A stretch of 64,000 bases of DNA from Camelus dromedarius (GCF_036321535.1 NC_087436.1:96040001-96104000), one strand, 5' to 3'. Shown: positions 39,339 through 52,864, numbered from the stretch's first letter. A program made the numbers and translations. Notes: a model not told the origin generated them from the sequence alone.

Positions 39339-39939
39339 CCATGAGAGTGCCTGGTGCAATGTTTTGTGCATAGTAAATACTAAACAAATGTATTATTCTT
39401 ACTTTGTTCTTAACCAGGTACTAACCTGCCACAGCTATCAGATGGGACAAAGTTCCTACCTGCTCCAGAGTTTTCCTTTCAGGTCCTGAGCCATTGCCTG
39501 AGGTGTTCCCTGTCTCATCTTGCCCTGACCCCTGAGGCCGGTGTGTCCTGTGTGTAATGGGCGGGGAGGTTGAGGAAGCAGCTTTGAGCAGCACCAAGGC
39601 CCCAGGGGAGGAGGAATAGGGACCAGGGGGCCTGGCAGGGAGTTCTCCTGGGATGCAGGGGATTTGTGGAGCTGTGAGCCATTAGCTACCAAAATTAGGC
39701 AAAGGAGAGGAAGGAAAATGGGAGGAAGCCATTACCTTTGTAAGGGTAGGCTGTGACAGTTTCTTTAGCACAATTTTGAAAGATTGACCAATTGGGTTTT
39801 CTCTAGCCAGTGGATCTGTAGGTACAGTCCCAAGGTTTTGACAGTTTTCCCCTAGAATTGATGTAACTATCCACTTGCCATCCTTTTTGATTATCCAGGG
39901 TCACCAACACTCATCTTCTCGTTGTTCACTGGTGACTGT

Positions 39940-40690
39940 TGTGATGAAGTAGAATGTAAGAAATATATACTATATATAGTAGCAATATATATAATATATG
40001 ATGTATAACATATAATAATGTATGTTTAATAAGAAATATATTTAGTCTTTGTCCTCAGTTCCTGGCACAAATCTCCTCAAACCCTTGGAATTTCCTAAAT
40101 GAAAGGCGTTGTCTTTTTTCCTAAGGAGCCCCTTTTGAGCGTATGCTAATGAGTTGACTTAGGGTGGTGCCCCCAGATAGCCTCAGGGTGGGGCTGGTCA
40201 CCTGAAGGAGGGTGGGAGAAGAGGGCTGAAACTTTCAGCCTCACCCACCCGCCCACCTCTGGGAAGGGGAAGAGGCAGGGGGAGGGCTGCGGATTAAGCA
40301 CTTTAAAGGCTTGAGCAACGAGACTTGCTGAACTTCCTGGTGGGTGAACCCGTGGAGATGTGTGGAGAGCAGGACGCCCAGAGCGCAAGGAAGCACCACC
40401 CTTTCCCCATACCTTGCCCAATACTTCTCTCCCATCTGGCTGTTAACCCTTTACTAATAAACTGGTAATCTTGTAAGTAAAATGTTTCCCTGAGTTCTGT
40501 TAATTGAACTCAGGGAGGGGGTCCTTGGAGCCTCCAATCTGTAGGCAGTTGGCCATAAGTACAGGTGACAACCTGGACTTGTGATTGGCATCCTTGTGAG
40601 ACTGAGCCCTTAAGCGGTGGGATCTGACGATACTTCCAGGAAGTGTCAGAATTGTTAATGCCTCAGTGGTGCCAGGAAAGCACATACTGG
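39940..40690 (+). mobile_element. MER21-like ERVL solo LTR
   Basis: tatttagtctttgtcctcagttcctggcaca...aaacccttggaatttcct; gtaagtaaaatgtttccctgagttctgt; gtgtcagaattg. Confidence 0.75.
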
Positions 40691-41604
40691 GACCAGGAGG
40701 TACAGTCCTGTAGTGTCAGCCCTGATGCTCTCTTCAAAGCTTCTTTAACAGATGAGGATGCCAAGCTGGCCCAGCCAGGGCTTGAGGGGGCTCTTAACTC
40801 TCTCTAGGACTCTTCCCACTGTGTTCAAGCTGTCCCTCCGCTGACTTAGGCCAACCAACTTCTGAGAGTAATTGTACTGTTCTTAGTCATAGAGTCAGAG
40901 GGGACTCAGTGGTCGTCTTATAATTAAGTAAGCCCGCCCTTTGCAGATGGGGATGCTGAGCCCTGAGAGGTCTGGTAGCCTGCGGGGACCAGGAACGGCC
41001 TCAGTGGAGAAGTAGAACATTAGGTTTGGTGAGGGAGGGCCCACGTGTGTGTCTTGGTCACTGTCCAAGGCTCAGGTCCGAGCACAGGACAGGCAGATGC
41101 TTAAACATTTGAATGAGTGAAGGAAGCCGGAGCTGGAATCCAGAGGTTCTGACTCAGCTAGAGAGTCTTCTTCATAATAAAGCAAAGACTTAGGCTTTCT
41201 GGAATCATCTACAGACCTTAGCTGTCAGTTCCCTCTCTCACTCCCCTCCTGAATTCGGAAGAGGCTGCTTTGTCTGCCCACCTCCATGAGCCATATTGCT
41301 CCAGAAGCCTGAGGTGGAGAATCAGGTCATGGAGAAAAAAGAATGGCAATAAAAAGTAAGCAAGTACTGCCTTAACAGGTGAATATGGTGTGTCATTGGT
41401 GTATTTGAAAAGTGTTTGTGAAAAGTTTCAGTGCAAAGGTTTTCGAAACACAAATCCATTCATGAGCCCTTTCCAAATGCAAACTAAATTCAGTTGTGTT
41501 TTTGCAACCAGTACTCCAAATACAGCTGTTAGTTTTATATCTGTATCATATTAATACTTTATACCTTTCCTTTATAGCTTTGTTTCTCAGGTTAATTCTT
41601 TAAT

Positions 41605-41900
41605 TTATTCATTCGGCAAGTCTTAGCCAAGTGCCTTAACTGTGTGCAAGGCACTAGGATGATGTGAAGCGAACACAATAGACACAGTCCGTGCCTTTAT
41701 GGAGCCAGCACTGGTTATCAGGGGCGATTAAACAAGCAATCATGATAAAGTGTCATTAGTACCTTGATAAGGAAAGTATGGCACAGGGCCAGAGGACCTA
41801 AGCTGGGGCTGGGAGTGGGGTGAGAGTACATGTTGAGCAAGGCTTTCTGGAGGAAATGAAGATTGAACTTACAGTTATAAAAATGTCAGCATTAGTCTGG
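41605..41900 (-). mobile_element. L2 3' end
   Basis: atttattcattcggcaag...tgtgcaaggcactagg...gacacagtccgtgcctttatggagc. Confidence 0.7.
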
Positions 41901-43411
41901 TGGAGGACAGGTGGTTGTGGAAGAGAGGAGGTGACAGCAAACAGATCTGCAGCCGTGGTCCCCACACTTGCGCGTGCGTCAGAATTCACTAGAAGGCTGG
42001 ACACAGCACAGGTAGATTCCCTCCCCCTCCCCCAACCCTAGGGTCTAGGTCTGGGAAGGGACTGGAGAATTTGCATTTCTAACTCATTCCTGGTAGATGC
42101 TGACTAAATATCTTAACCTGGAAATCCCTCCCCTCTTTGTGGGCTATTCATCCTGTTTTCCGCCCATCCTTCAAGCTGAGATCAAGGATAACACTTCCAG
42201 GAAACCTTTCCTAGTTATTCTCACTGATTTTATCTCCTGTGAATATTCGCGAGTCCATGGATACATGTTGCATCTATTTAACACAGAATTTTTCTTAACT
42301 AGACACAGAGCATGCAAGGCATGCTCAAATATTTGATTGCTTGATCCAATTTATTTCTTGCAACCACCTGAGGAGCAGGTTGCTGTATTCTCCATTTTGT
42401 AGCCATAAGGAAACAGAAGTACAGAGAGATAACCAAGACAAAGAGAAGTGAAATGTCTTGCTCAAGTCACAAGATGAGAAGCCAAATCTAAAAGTATGTT
42501 CACTGTTCTCAGATGGTCTTTGTTATTATGTGAAACTGCATGTGCTCCACACATAGCACAACTGGTAAAAGGAAGTTTTAAAATTTATTATTATTTTTTT
42601 TTACTTTTTCATTGTAGGTTCATCTACCTAAAGAGAAAGCCAAGAGAGCTTATTAATTAAATGTAGATTTTGTTTTTAGTGGAAAATGAGCGATTATCCA
42701 AGGAATTCTTCAGGAATTGCCTATTTACTTTTAGAGTAAATATTTGAAGGGACTAATTCAATTTACATGTCATTAGATTTAAGAAATGAAGTCTACAAAA
42801 TTTTGATGTGAGGGAGTTATTTAAAATAATCAATTTCAGTTTCCTGAATAGACACAATTATGGCGGTACCCTTCTTAACTGGCCAGATGAGTTCAGCTGA
42901 GTGGTGGAAAATGTATAAAGAACCTGTACATAAAACGTCACGTGATAGGTAGGGTTAAAAACAAACAATGAATTCTTTTCAGTATCAGTAACATGCCAAG
43001 CCTTCCTCCCCCGTGCATATACAAACATAATGCGGTTCTCTGAGATTCCTGTAACGGGTGGAAGTTTGAAGAATTCACCAGGCTTTCTGTCTCACAATAT
43101 AACTTGGGAGCACTAATTTTCAAATATTGTAACAACTCTTCATAGCTGGAAGTCTCCAACACAATCATGTGAATTAGTCACGTTATAAAAAACGGCTGCC
43201 CGGAATTTCCTGGCATTGGCGAAGTGGCAGATGGCTAATGAGTAGCCATTCCTTCGTCTTCCTTTGCATGTTTGTGCTATATGCGTGCATGGCCTGAATG
43301 CTTCTGCTGCTTCCTCAATTCTTTCCAGCCTCCTCCTTCTCCTCTGTAAAAGCACAACACAAAACAACCACCGATGGAAAAAAAGAGGTGTCGGATATTG
43401 CTTAAAACTAG

Positions 43412-43575
43412 ATGATGGGGTATAGCTCAGTGGTAGAGTTCGTGCTTAATATGCAGGACGGAGGTCCTGGGGTCAATCCCTAGTATCGCCACTTAAACAA
43501 ACAAACAAAGAAACACACCTAATTACTCCCCCCTCCTTAAAAAAACAAAAACAAACAAAAAATTAAAAGAAAAAG
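43412..43575 (+). mobile_element. Vic-1-like SINE
   Basis: ggggtatagctcagtggtagag...ggtcctggggtcaatccctagt...acctaattactccccc plus A-rich tail; flanks ttaaaactag / ttaaagctag. Confidence 0.85.
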
Positions 43576-43710
43576 GTTTAAAGCTAGGTTTTGAAAATAA
43601 AACTCATTTCATGTGCAGAATTGCCAACTCAGCATCTTAACAGTCTTTTCAGGTGAAACATGTGGATATTCCCTACAAACAGCACGCAATTCATTTAAAA
43701 ATGAGGGCTT

Positions 43711-43993
43711 GGGGGAGGGTATAGCTCAGTGGTAGAATGAGTGCTTAGCATGGAGGAGGTCCTATGTTCAATCGCCAGTACCTCCATTAAGGAAAAAGAA
43801 ATTAGGAGTTTGGGATTAACAGATACACACTACTATATATAAATATATAAAATAGATCAACAACAAACTATATTGGATATCTTGTAATAACCTATAATGG
43901 AAAAGAATCGGAAAAGGAGTATGTATGTGTATAATTGAATCACTGCTGCACAGTTGAAACAACATTGTAAATTAACTACACTTCAATAAAAAA
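43711..43993 (+). mobile_element. Composite insert: Vic-1-like SINE head fused to L1 3' UTR
   Basis: SINE head 43711-43790, then aaattaggagtttgggattaacagatacacactactatat...acttcaataaaaaa; single TSD ttaaaaatgagggc at 43695-43708 and 43994-44007. Confidence 0.85.
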
Positions 43994-45281
43994 TTAAAAA
44001 TGAGGGCCTTATTTGAGATACTGTTAGGTGTTGTGTTGGTATATAAAATGAACAACAAACTTGGTTTCTGTTCTCGGCTGACTTGTGAGTGAGAAGCGGG
44101 AGGAGAGAAGCAGTGAACACAGAATAAGGGAAAATGTGCTGGGACTACAGACAAAGTGCCCTATGTGGGATTCCAGAGGAAAGACTTTCCTCCTGATGGG
44201 AGGGTTGGAGAAGACTTCATAGCCTAAACCCAGGCACTTTAAGTGGACCTTAAAGGGAGTGTGGCCATGGCAGCCCAGCAAAAGGGGTGCAGAGGGGTGG
44301 GAATTGGGTAGGAAGTCAGTGCAGACCTGGTGTGAAAATTGCATCAGATAAGACTGCAGAGTGGAGGTGGAGGCTAGGCGCAGGGGTTGGGGGGGATCCG
44401 AGACAAAGCCCTTGGTTGATTGTGTAGGCAGGGAGCGGGGGAGTGAGTTGGAGGGACAGAGAGTGAACATACCTGTTCTTTATACATCTCAGAATAGTTT
44501 GGAGGATCCAATGAATAATACAGCCCTTTGTAAGTAATACAGATCTGGTCTGTGTAGTGTATAGGTGTAATATGCTGGGAAACAGGTTTTCAGTTTGCTG
44601 GGAATTAGAATCATGAAGTGCCGTGTGTAGTCTTCGTGGTGTGAAGACCAAAAGGAGTTCATTAATGGGAAAAGTTCAATAACTGTGTATGTCTTAAGTG
44701 AGAGTAAATCCTCTGAAATTGTACATACCATTCTGACTCCAGAATTCTCCATCACTTAACATGTGTTTTAAGGCTGTTGTGCATTTCTAGTTTTTGTCCC
44801 GTTTTTGGTCAGGTTCTCATGGTTTTCTCCTCTGGGTCCAGGTCAGGAGGGCAGTGTTGGCCATCAGTGTTTAGGGCAGTGCCTTGAAATAAAACATACA
44901 AATCAGCACTGGGGTGATTTATAAGACCCTGCTTGGCTAAGGGCTCGTCTCTGCATCACTTCTGGCAAGTCCGTTTTCTTAGTCCTTTGATTTCTTATAA
45001 TGTGCCTAAATAGATTTGGGGAAGGAAAAATAACCCAGTTGAAAGTAGTCTAGTATGCGTTAGGTGCCCACATATCAGGAACTAGTAGTTACTCGGACAG
45101 TGGGGTTGGTGTGTCTTAGTGTCTGAGTGGGGGTGGGGTCAGCAAGGGGGTGGTCTTCAAGAAGGGAAGGAGAATTCTTCTGCTAGAATCATATAATACA
45201 ACAGTTGGTCTTTTCCCGGCTGTTCAGTGCTGCATCTTGATATTTAAATGAGTACAGACTCCTGACTTTGGGTCAACGTGC

Positions 45282-46010
45282 TGTAATAGAGACCACATAT
45301 ATTTGGTCTCTGTCCTGTTTTCTTGGTACAAAACTCCTAAAACCCTTGAAATTTCCTGAGTGATAAGAGTGTCTTTTGTTATTCATAATTAGCCCTTTTG
45401 ACCCTACCTGACCAGCTAATGAGTGACTCTTGGTGGACCCCTAGGGAGCTTCAGGTTGAAGATGTTGCCCAAGGAACCACCTGCAGGATTATAGAGGGTT
45501 GGAATCTTCAGCTCCATCCCCTGATCTCAGGAAAGTGTGAGGGTCTGGCGATCAAGTTAATCACCAATGGCCGGTGACTTAATCAGTCATTATGTAATGA
45601 AATTTCTTGAAACTTTGATAAAAACTCTGAAACAAGGAAGCTAAAGGAGCTTCTGGATTGGTGAACCCATGGATATCGCTGGGAGGGTGGTGTGTCAGGA
45701 AACAGCATGGAAGCTCTGTGCCACCCCCTACTCTTTGCCCTACACTTCTCTTTCATCCTGCTGTTCCTGAGTTGTATCCTTCATAATAACACTGTAAGCA
45801 TAAGCATAGCACTTCCCTGCATTCTCTGAGTCATCACAGCAAATTGTGGCATCTGAGGGAGATCCAGGAGGCCCTGACTTGGTAGTCGGCTAGCCTGATT
45901 AAATGGTTAGATGTCCTTTGCAGCTGGTGTCTGAAGTGGGGGTAGTTGGTGTCAGAATTGAAGTGAATTGAATTGCAGGACACCCAGTTGGTGATGGAGA
46001 ATTGAAACAA
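45282..46010 (+). mobile_element. MER21-like ERVL solo LTR
   Basis: atatttggtctctgtcc...aaaacccttgaaatttcctgagtgataagagtgtcttttgttattcataa; gtgtcagaattgaa...ggacacccagttggtg. Confidence 0.75.
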
Positions 46011-46404
46011 TCAAGCCCTCCCTACTGGGAAAAATCAATTCATAGTATTAAAACATTGTGGTTGTAACAATCTCTTTGAAAGTATGGTGTTTTACTATTT
46101 AGATAAAGACTGAAATAGCTTTAAAAAAAGTACAGTGGGAAAGAAAAAAAATATCAAGCCAGTGCCTTATTGTTTATGTATTTACATTGTGTTTTACAGT
46201 GTAATAAAGTAGACATTACACCACTCTGTGGTTTCTGTTGACCCGTCTCTCCTAAGGTATATCAAAGATTTCATAGCATTTTCTCTGCCCTCCGTCAGTA
46301 AAAGCATCTAGTCTATAAATATTATGGATTGCAGTTAGAGATAGCCTCCTTACCAAGGGGTTTCCAGTAACTTTGTTTTATCTCTACAGCATGAATATTA
46401 CTGT

Positions 46405-46483
46405 TAGGATAAACCATACGAAATTACCAGTATTCTACTATTTTTGACCTACCATGACAACAGTTTCATATGGTTCGATCTAA
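46405..46483. mobile_element. MADE2-like mariner MITE (about 80 bp)
   Basis: Inverted repeats ttaggataaaccatacgaaatt ... agtttcatatggttcgatctaa. Confidence 0.75.
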
Positions 46484-47224
46484 TAGAAATAAAGTTTCCT
46501 TACTGACTTTCTATCTGCACTAAACAAACAAAACAACTATAGTGACTGCCTTAAGACATTTTAGAAAATGCTAAAAGTAGAAAAAGAAAAAAAAAACTCC
46601 CAAGTTCCACCAACAAAAAATATAAAATACTAAAAAGGAAATAAAAATAACTTATGATCTTACTACTCAGAAATAACTAGTGTAGACATTTTGGTATTTT
46701 TTCCTTCAATGAAACTGAGATCATGTTAGCTCAAAATTTTGCTTTGTGTTTATTTCTTCATTTCACATTTTTATTAACAATTGAGATTGTTTTGGACGAA
46801 GGGATATGGCAGATCTGATCCCTTTATATAAATCGTTTCTATTGTTTTAAAAGTCAAAGGGAAGTTTAGGATTTCCGAGAAGTAATCAGCAATTCCAACA
46901 TTGTTAAATGCAGATCAGGTGGCTTTTTGATTTTGCTTCTTATGAATGGTATCAGGATTTTTTTTTTTTTTTGAAATTAGCACTTAGTGCCAGAAAAACC
47001 TGATAAATTGGCATCGAGAGAATATTACTTAAATGCACCTCTTCCCAATAATTGACTTACTAGGGAAAACCATTCTCTCATTCTAGGCTTATTATTGAAT
47101 TAGATGAGTAATGATTACCCATAGATTTTTCTACTCAAGACTCTGACTCAACATAGAGATGAGCTATGGATAATCCCATTTGGTGGAAATTTACTGAATA
47201 TCAAAACTGTTAACTCACAGGCAA

Positions 47225-47480
47225 TAGAGCATAGAGAATGGGGCTCTGGAGCCAGACTGCTTGGATTAAAGTCTCACCGCTGCTACTTGCTAGCTGTGTG
47301 ACCTGGTGTAAGTTACTTGACCTCTTTGTGCTGTAGTTTTCATATCTGTCAAATGGGGTTGCAAACAATAGTGCCTACCTTACAGGGTTACTGTAAGGGT
47401 TAAACAAGTTCCTACTTATAAGGTGCTTGGAATAGTAATTACACAAACTATGCATCAGTACGTGACTATCATTAATAGTA
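47225..47480 (+). mobile_element. MIR SINE
   Basis: ggctctggagccagactgc...ctagctgtgtgacctggtgtaagttactt...cctaccttacagggtt. Confidence 0.85.
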
Positions 47481-48515
47481 TTTTTCTATGTGTCTAACCC
47501 TTGCTACTGGGGTTCAGGGTTCTGAGTTTCACCGTATTGACTTTCATGTTCATTTCTTCCCCTTAAAATCAGGTTCTCTACGTCTAGGGTTTTCCTAATT
47601 ACTTCTGTTTAACCTTCCCTTTGTTTGCCTTTTCCAAAGTGGTCTTTATTTTCTCTCCTAGTCCCTTTGTCCTTTGCTCTCTGACAGCCCTAGGGGAGAC
47701 TTCCTGGCAGAGCACTTCACAACTTCACCCCACATATGTACCCATATACTCATCTCTGCTTCCCAATTCCCGTTTTCCCAGAAGGCAGGCCACATGCCTG
47801 TGTAGCAGGAACACTGCCTGACTTAACCTGTGACTAACTGGAAAACCCTGTGTTTAGGGCTTTTGTAGTTTTCTGTTTAATTGTTATCCACTTCCTGTTC
47901 CTGGAGGGAAGAGAAACCGGGCTGATGTCAGGGTTGTAGGAGCCGCAGACCGGCCGCCCCCTCGTGCTCTCATGCTGCCTGGGGAGCACTGTGCTGGCAG
48001 CTGCCACTCACCTCCAGGCCTCGTGTATTTCTCTGTCCCCTGCATTTAACACTGCTCCTCTAGTCAGGCTCATGTTGTTCATTGCCTTTTCCTGTCTTTT
48101 GGCTTTGTATCCCCAGCTGAGCTGGGTGCTTTGTGAGGATAGCTGTGTTCACGTTTACTACCACTGATAATAGTCATCACCACAATATGGGCTGACATTT
48201 ACTGAGCACTTACTCTGTGCTAGGACCTCGGCTAAACCCGTAAACTCGTCTCATTTCCTGCTCAGAAACAATTCTATAATGATCTGCATTTTCTAGATGA
48301 GGAAACTGAGGCATTGGGAACTGGATAGACTTGCCTGGGATGGACAGCCTGGAAATAAGTTGCATGAAAACAGAGCAGCCAAGAAAAAGCTGGCTTCTGC
48401 TTTTGCCTCCTTTATTTCTAGGGAGCAGCTCTGGTTGAGAGCTTGGGCCCTGCTTGCAACGGACCTCAGTTCAAATTCTGGCCACTCCCCAGATGAGTGA
48501 CCTTGACTTCAATAC

Positions 48516-48617
48516 TTTTTTCTTTAAATTATTTAAGTGTAGTTGTTTTACAATGTTAGTTTCAGGTGTACAGCAAAGTGATTCAGTTATATGTATACAT
48601 ACATATATATTTTTTCT
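48516..48617 (-). mobile_element. Short L1 3' end inside a MIR
   Basis: aagtgtagttgttttacaatgttagtttcaggtgtacagcaaagtgattcagtt; flanked by aatacttt direct repeats. Confidence 0.8.
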
Positions 48618-50759
48618 AATACTTTGTTCTTTAATGTCTTCATTTCTAAGATGGGTTTCATTTTTGTAACACCTACCTAAGAATCCTAAAGATTAAAAAA
48701 AATATGCAAGTAAAGGTGGAAGGTGGATGTGGGGGATGGTGAACCCCTAACACGTGCAGGAAGATCTGTTAGTATCTCCCTCTCCCTCTGCAGGGCTGGG
48801 CCCTGGCCGTCTTCCCTTTTGAAGTCCTTGCTTACTAAGCTCCAGCCGGCTCAGCAACACACCTTCTTTCCCCATGTGGTTGGTTTGTGTTGTCTTGCGA
48901 GCTGGAAATTACTTGGCTGGACCCCGACCCTGGCAGAGGTGGGTTGTACCCAGAAACCAGGGACGCAGCTCCCAGAGGCCTGGTCCAGCACCCTGTCTGT
49001 GAAGCTCCGGGGGAGTCGCTGGTTCCTAAGGGAACTGCTCCTCTTTCCCCAGCCTCCTTCTTGCAGTTTCTGCCGGAAACAGGCCATCTGGGCCTGTCCT
49101 CTTCCCGTTTGGTAGCTTTGATTGGCATTTGCCAGTTAGCTTCCAACCACAGTTTACATAATTTCTGACTTAGTCCCTGCTCAGCCTCTTGTGAGGAACG
49201 TGCAGGATCAGATCTGTTAGGGATGGCATCCATGTGGGAAAGGGCAGTGCCTTGGGTGAGGGTGTGTCAGCTCCACCCCTTGACAGACGAGGCAGTTTGG
49301 AATGTGATGGGGTCCCGTGAAAATCCAGCTCAAGGTCAGTTCCCAGAGCTGGGTTTGGGAACGTGCTGCTATTCGTGGCCTTCCTTTGCATCTTGCTAAC
49401 GAACCTTCTGTTGATTTCGATGAGGCCAGGGGCTTGCTCCTGTATTTACATCCTTCGGAAAGGGCTTTTCCAACAAGTGGGTTGAGCTATGGGATGAGTC
49501 AGTCATCCAACTCTAAAAACAACCTATTTGTGTATGTTTTAAAAAAACTGTTGGTATTTGGCAAATGGGGGTATGACTGCATTGGACGTTCTGTTCTACC
49601 AAACAGCATCTTAACAAAACTGCTTATCCCGTTACAGTGGAAGTGGATGCTCCATCAGTTGTCGAGGAGCCTTTTTGGAAGGATGGGATCTGCTTTCATG
49701 ATTCACAGGTTCCATGCAGCAGATGTTCAAGGTGCTCCCACTGTGTTCCAGGAACTGTGATAGGCATAGAGGTACAAAGGCAGGACACCCTTCTCTGCAC
49801 TTGGGAAACAGGCTTGTTTGACCTAAATCGGTCTTTTCCTGTGAGTTCTTTCACCCCTTTGGATTTCCTGACTTTGGCCACAGTATGCCCAAGCGACGTG
49901 TGTTGTAGTGAAGTGGGTGGGGAGGCTGTCAGCGGCTCTGAGTGTTGGTTCTTCTGTCTGGCTCGTTGCCTCTGTCCTGGGATGTCATGTTAGACCACTG
50001 AGGTTTTTGCAACATGAGGATCTTATCCACCCTCTTGGCTACCTTCTTGGGATTATAGGTTTCAGGTAAAATAATGAATGTGAAAGCATCAAGTATCATC
50101 TTGGTGGGAACCTTTATATCTTGTATGGTATTTCTAGCTAATCATGTGTAGGATTGAAGATTTTCTTCCTCCTTTTCCCTTTCTTTCCCTCCCTCCCTCC
50201 CTTCTTTCTTTTTGAAGGATTTTTAGATGTGATGTAACTAACATGGTTGGTACAAATTAAATTGAATTCCTTATAAGTACAGTGGTTTGTGAGTAATAAT
50301 GTGAAAACATATACCTGTGAACAAGATATTTTTGAATAGATAGGAAAAAGTCTTTCTTTTACTGTCATAATGGTTATGGAGGAATAAAATAGGGTTACAC
50401 TCTAGAATGATCTTTTGCTTTTTGCAGTTAAAATTAATATTGGGAAATTTTATGCTGCTGAGAATTTTTCAAAAAATGAAAGTACAGATTTCATCTTGCT
50501 GTAGCTGACTTTAATCCTTTTTCGTGAAGGTAATTTTTACATTAAAACAAGATGCATACAGATTCCAGCGTTTATCACACGTAATAGGGTCATTTGGAGA
50601 GAGGCAGGTTTTAAGTTTTTAAGGGCACTGAAGTGAGTGGATGTGGACCTGGGCTCCAGCCCACATCAGTCGGTGATGGTTTAACCCACCTTTTTACTGT
50701 GAGGCATGTGTTACTTACTAAGTAAAACTGAAAGCCAATCTCCACTCTTAGAGACACTG

Positions 50760-50990
50760 TTGAGCCAGGTGGCTAAGAGTGAGGGGCCCTGGGGTCACAT
50801 GGCCTGGCTTAAATCCTGTCCTACTCACATTAGGACTTGTTATTGAACCCCCATGTGCCTCATTTTCCTCCTCTGCACCTGGGGGTAATGAGACCACCTA
50901 CCTTACAGATGTTGTGGAAATGAAATGAGGTTGTGCACAAAGCCTCTAGACCAATGCCTGGCACACTGCACTCAGTAAACGCTGCCTTAC
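50760..50990 (+). mobile_element. MIR SINE
   Basis: tgtgcctcattttcctcctctg...acctaccttacagatgttgtggaaatgaaatgag...tgcctggcaca. Confidence 0.75.
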
Positions 50991-52269
50991 AATTACCTTA
51001 AAGTAGCAACTCATTCTTTATAAGACACCACCTTTTGAAAAGAATCTGAAGTGGATATTACATTTCTGAAGTCTCATTGCTTTAGTCACCTCAAGCAAAT
51101 GTCTTTTTAAAAATTCCACTTCTTTCTCGAATGGACATAATTGACAATTTGAAATTGACTGCAGAAGGGTCTACGGTCAACATCTCACTCCACTCCTGTC
51201 CCCTAGCCACTTGACCCATCCCCAGGGGACTGACGGTGCTATCAGTAACTAAAGACTTTAAAACATCCCCAAAAGGACAACACTGAAAATAGCAAAAGAA
51301 GGAGGAGAAGCAGGGGGAGGGGCAGGGAACAGGAGAAGAAGAGCGGGGAGATTCCGCCGGGGTCCAGACTCTTGAGTTCTCCCTGTCCCTGCAGCCCCTT
51401 GGTCATTGCCCTTGCTTACAGACCTCTCTGAGGACCCCATGGTGTCCCCCACCCCTTGGGATCCACCCGAGGTTCCTGAGTCTTTTCCGTCCTAGAGGCG
51501 TGGTTGGTGGCCTCCCGGCCTGTGTCCTGATGCAGACACCGGCAACTGACTTGTTTCAGTCTGGGGTGAGCCCAGGTCAGTTGAGACTTCTATGTCATCT
51601 GAATGCAAACCATTGTTTGAGGTACTCTGGAAAATTCAGGAAGAGTCCAGAAGTTTAGATCCTTGGCTTCTCAAAACACTAGTCCTAAACTTAGTCCCTT
51701 CCCAAGGAGTGGCTGTGGGGCCTGAGCTGTTTTCTGTGTTCAGTCTCCCTATGCCCTTGAAGAATTGTGTTTGGTCAGGAAGTTGTGGGACCTTGAGAAA
51801 TCACTTCAAATGTTAATCCCAGACACTTGTGGAGAATGCTAGGGACTTTCTACTCTGCAAAGCTGGTTTTTCCCTTCTAGTTTAAAGGAGCCCTGTGATG
51901 GTAAATATTTAGTTTCCACCATTATTTTTAAGTATCCTTGTTTCTCTCTATTGACGTCACCCCAGTTTCAGTCCTTTGTTCTGGTTGCTACCTGGGGTTC
52001 AGGAGTGATTCAGGTTGTCACCCAGCCTCTTGCCTGTTAAGAAGGTATGTTCCCTTTTTGTCCAAATTCAGTTTTTCTTTTGTAACCTAATGTAAAGTCC
52101 TTTTTCTTCCTGGATTTACACTAATTACTTCCCTTCTCAACTCCTATGGTACTTATACAGAGAAATTGCACCTTGAGAATGGGTTGTGCTCCAAACATTC
52201 CTTTTTGAGTATCTGGGTTGGTGACTGAAATGCTTTTTCCCACTAAAAATAATAATTCAGTTCCCACAG

Positions 52270-52710
52270 AGGGTATTTTAAAAAAATGATAGAATAGAAC
52301 TTTGTGAATTTTTATTACAGAACAATTGAGAGAATAGTAGAGTGGACCCCTAGATCCTAGTCACTTAGATTGAACATTTTGCCGTATTCACTTGCTCACT
52401 CTGTCCATCTGTCATCTTTCTGTCTATCTACCTACCTACTTTCTTTGCTGATCTGTTTAAAATCAATTTGCAGACAGTCACATTTCACCTAAGTACTTCT
52501 GCCATCACTTTGTAGGATTAAGGACTTCCTTCAACATAGCCACAATACCAGCATCACAGCCAAGAAAGTAAACAATGTCTCTAATACTGTCTATCCCAGT
52601 TTCCTGTTGTCCTCAAAATATCCTTTATTGCTGTTTAAACCTATTCTATTATTGTTTAAAATTGGGAACCAGGCTCCGATCAGGGTTTACTTACTGCATT
52701 TTGTCATGTG
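52270..52710 (-). mobile_element. Old L1MC/ME 3' end
   Basis: acagaacaattgagagaatagtagagtggacccc; cacctaagtacttc; catagccacaatacca. Confidence 0.6.
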
Positions 52711-52864
52711 AGTTTCTAACAAAAGCTATTTGAAGCCACATGTAGCCCAGTACTTGGGAGAGAATACTTGTTTGGGAGAGAAGGAGCTTTTCTGGGCGCA
52801 GGTAGTATGTCGAAATCTTTGGGTACTCACCTCTCACCCCTCCCTGTTTTCCTCTCCCACTCTT

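Noticed and set aside
43412..43790. tRNA-Ala-like sequences (also at 13.9, 20.3, 53.0, 57.8, 58.5 and 61.7 kb) as tRNA genes
   Set aside because: They have A-rich tails, TSDs, disrupted stems and no T4 terminator directly after the tRNA body, so they are SINE heads rather than tRNA genes.
39940..46010. Two MER21-like LTRs in the same orientation about 5 kb apart, as a possible provirus
   Set aside because: The copies are clearly diverged from each other, and the interval holds L2, MER5, MIR and SINE sequence with no gag/pol traces. They are best read as independent solo LTRs.
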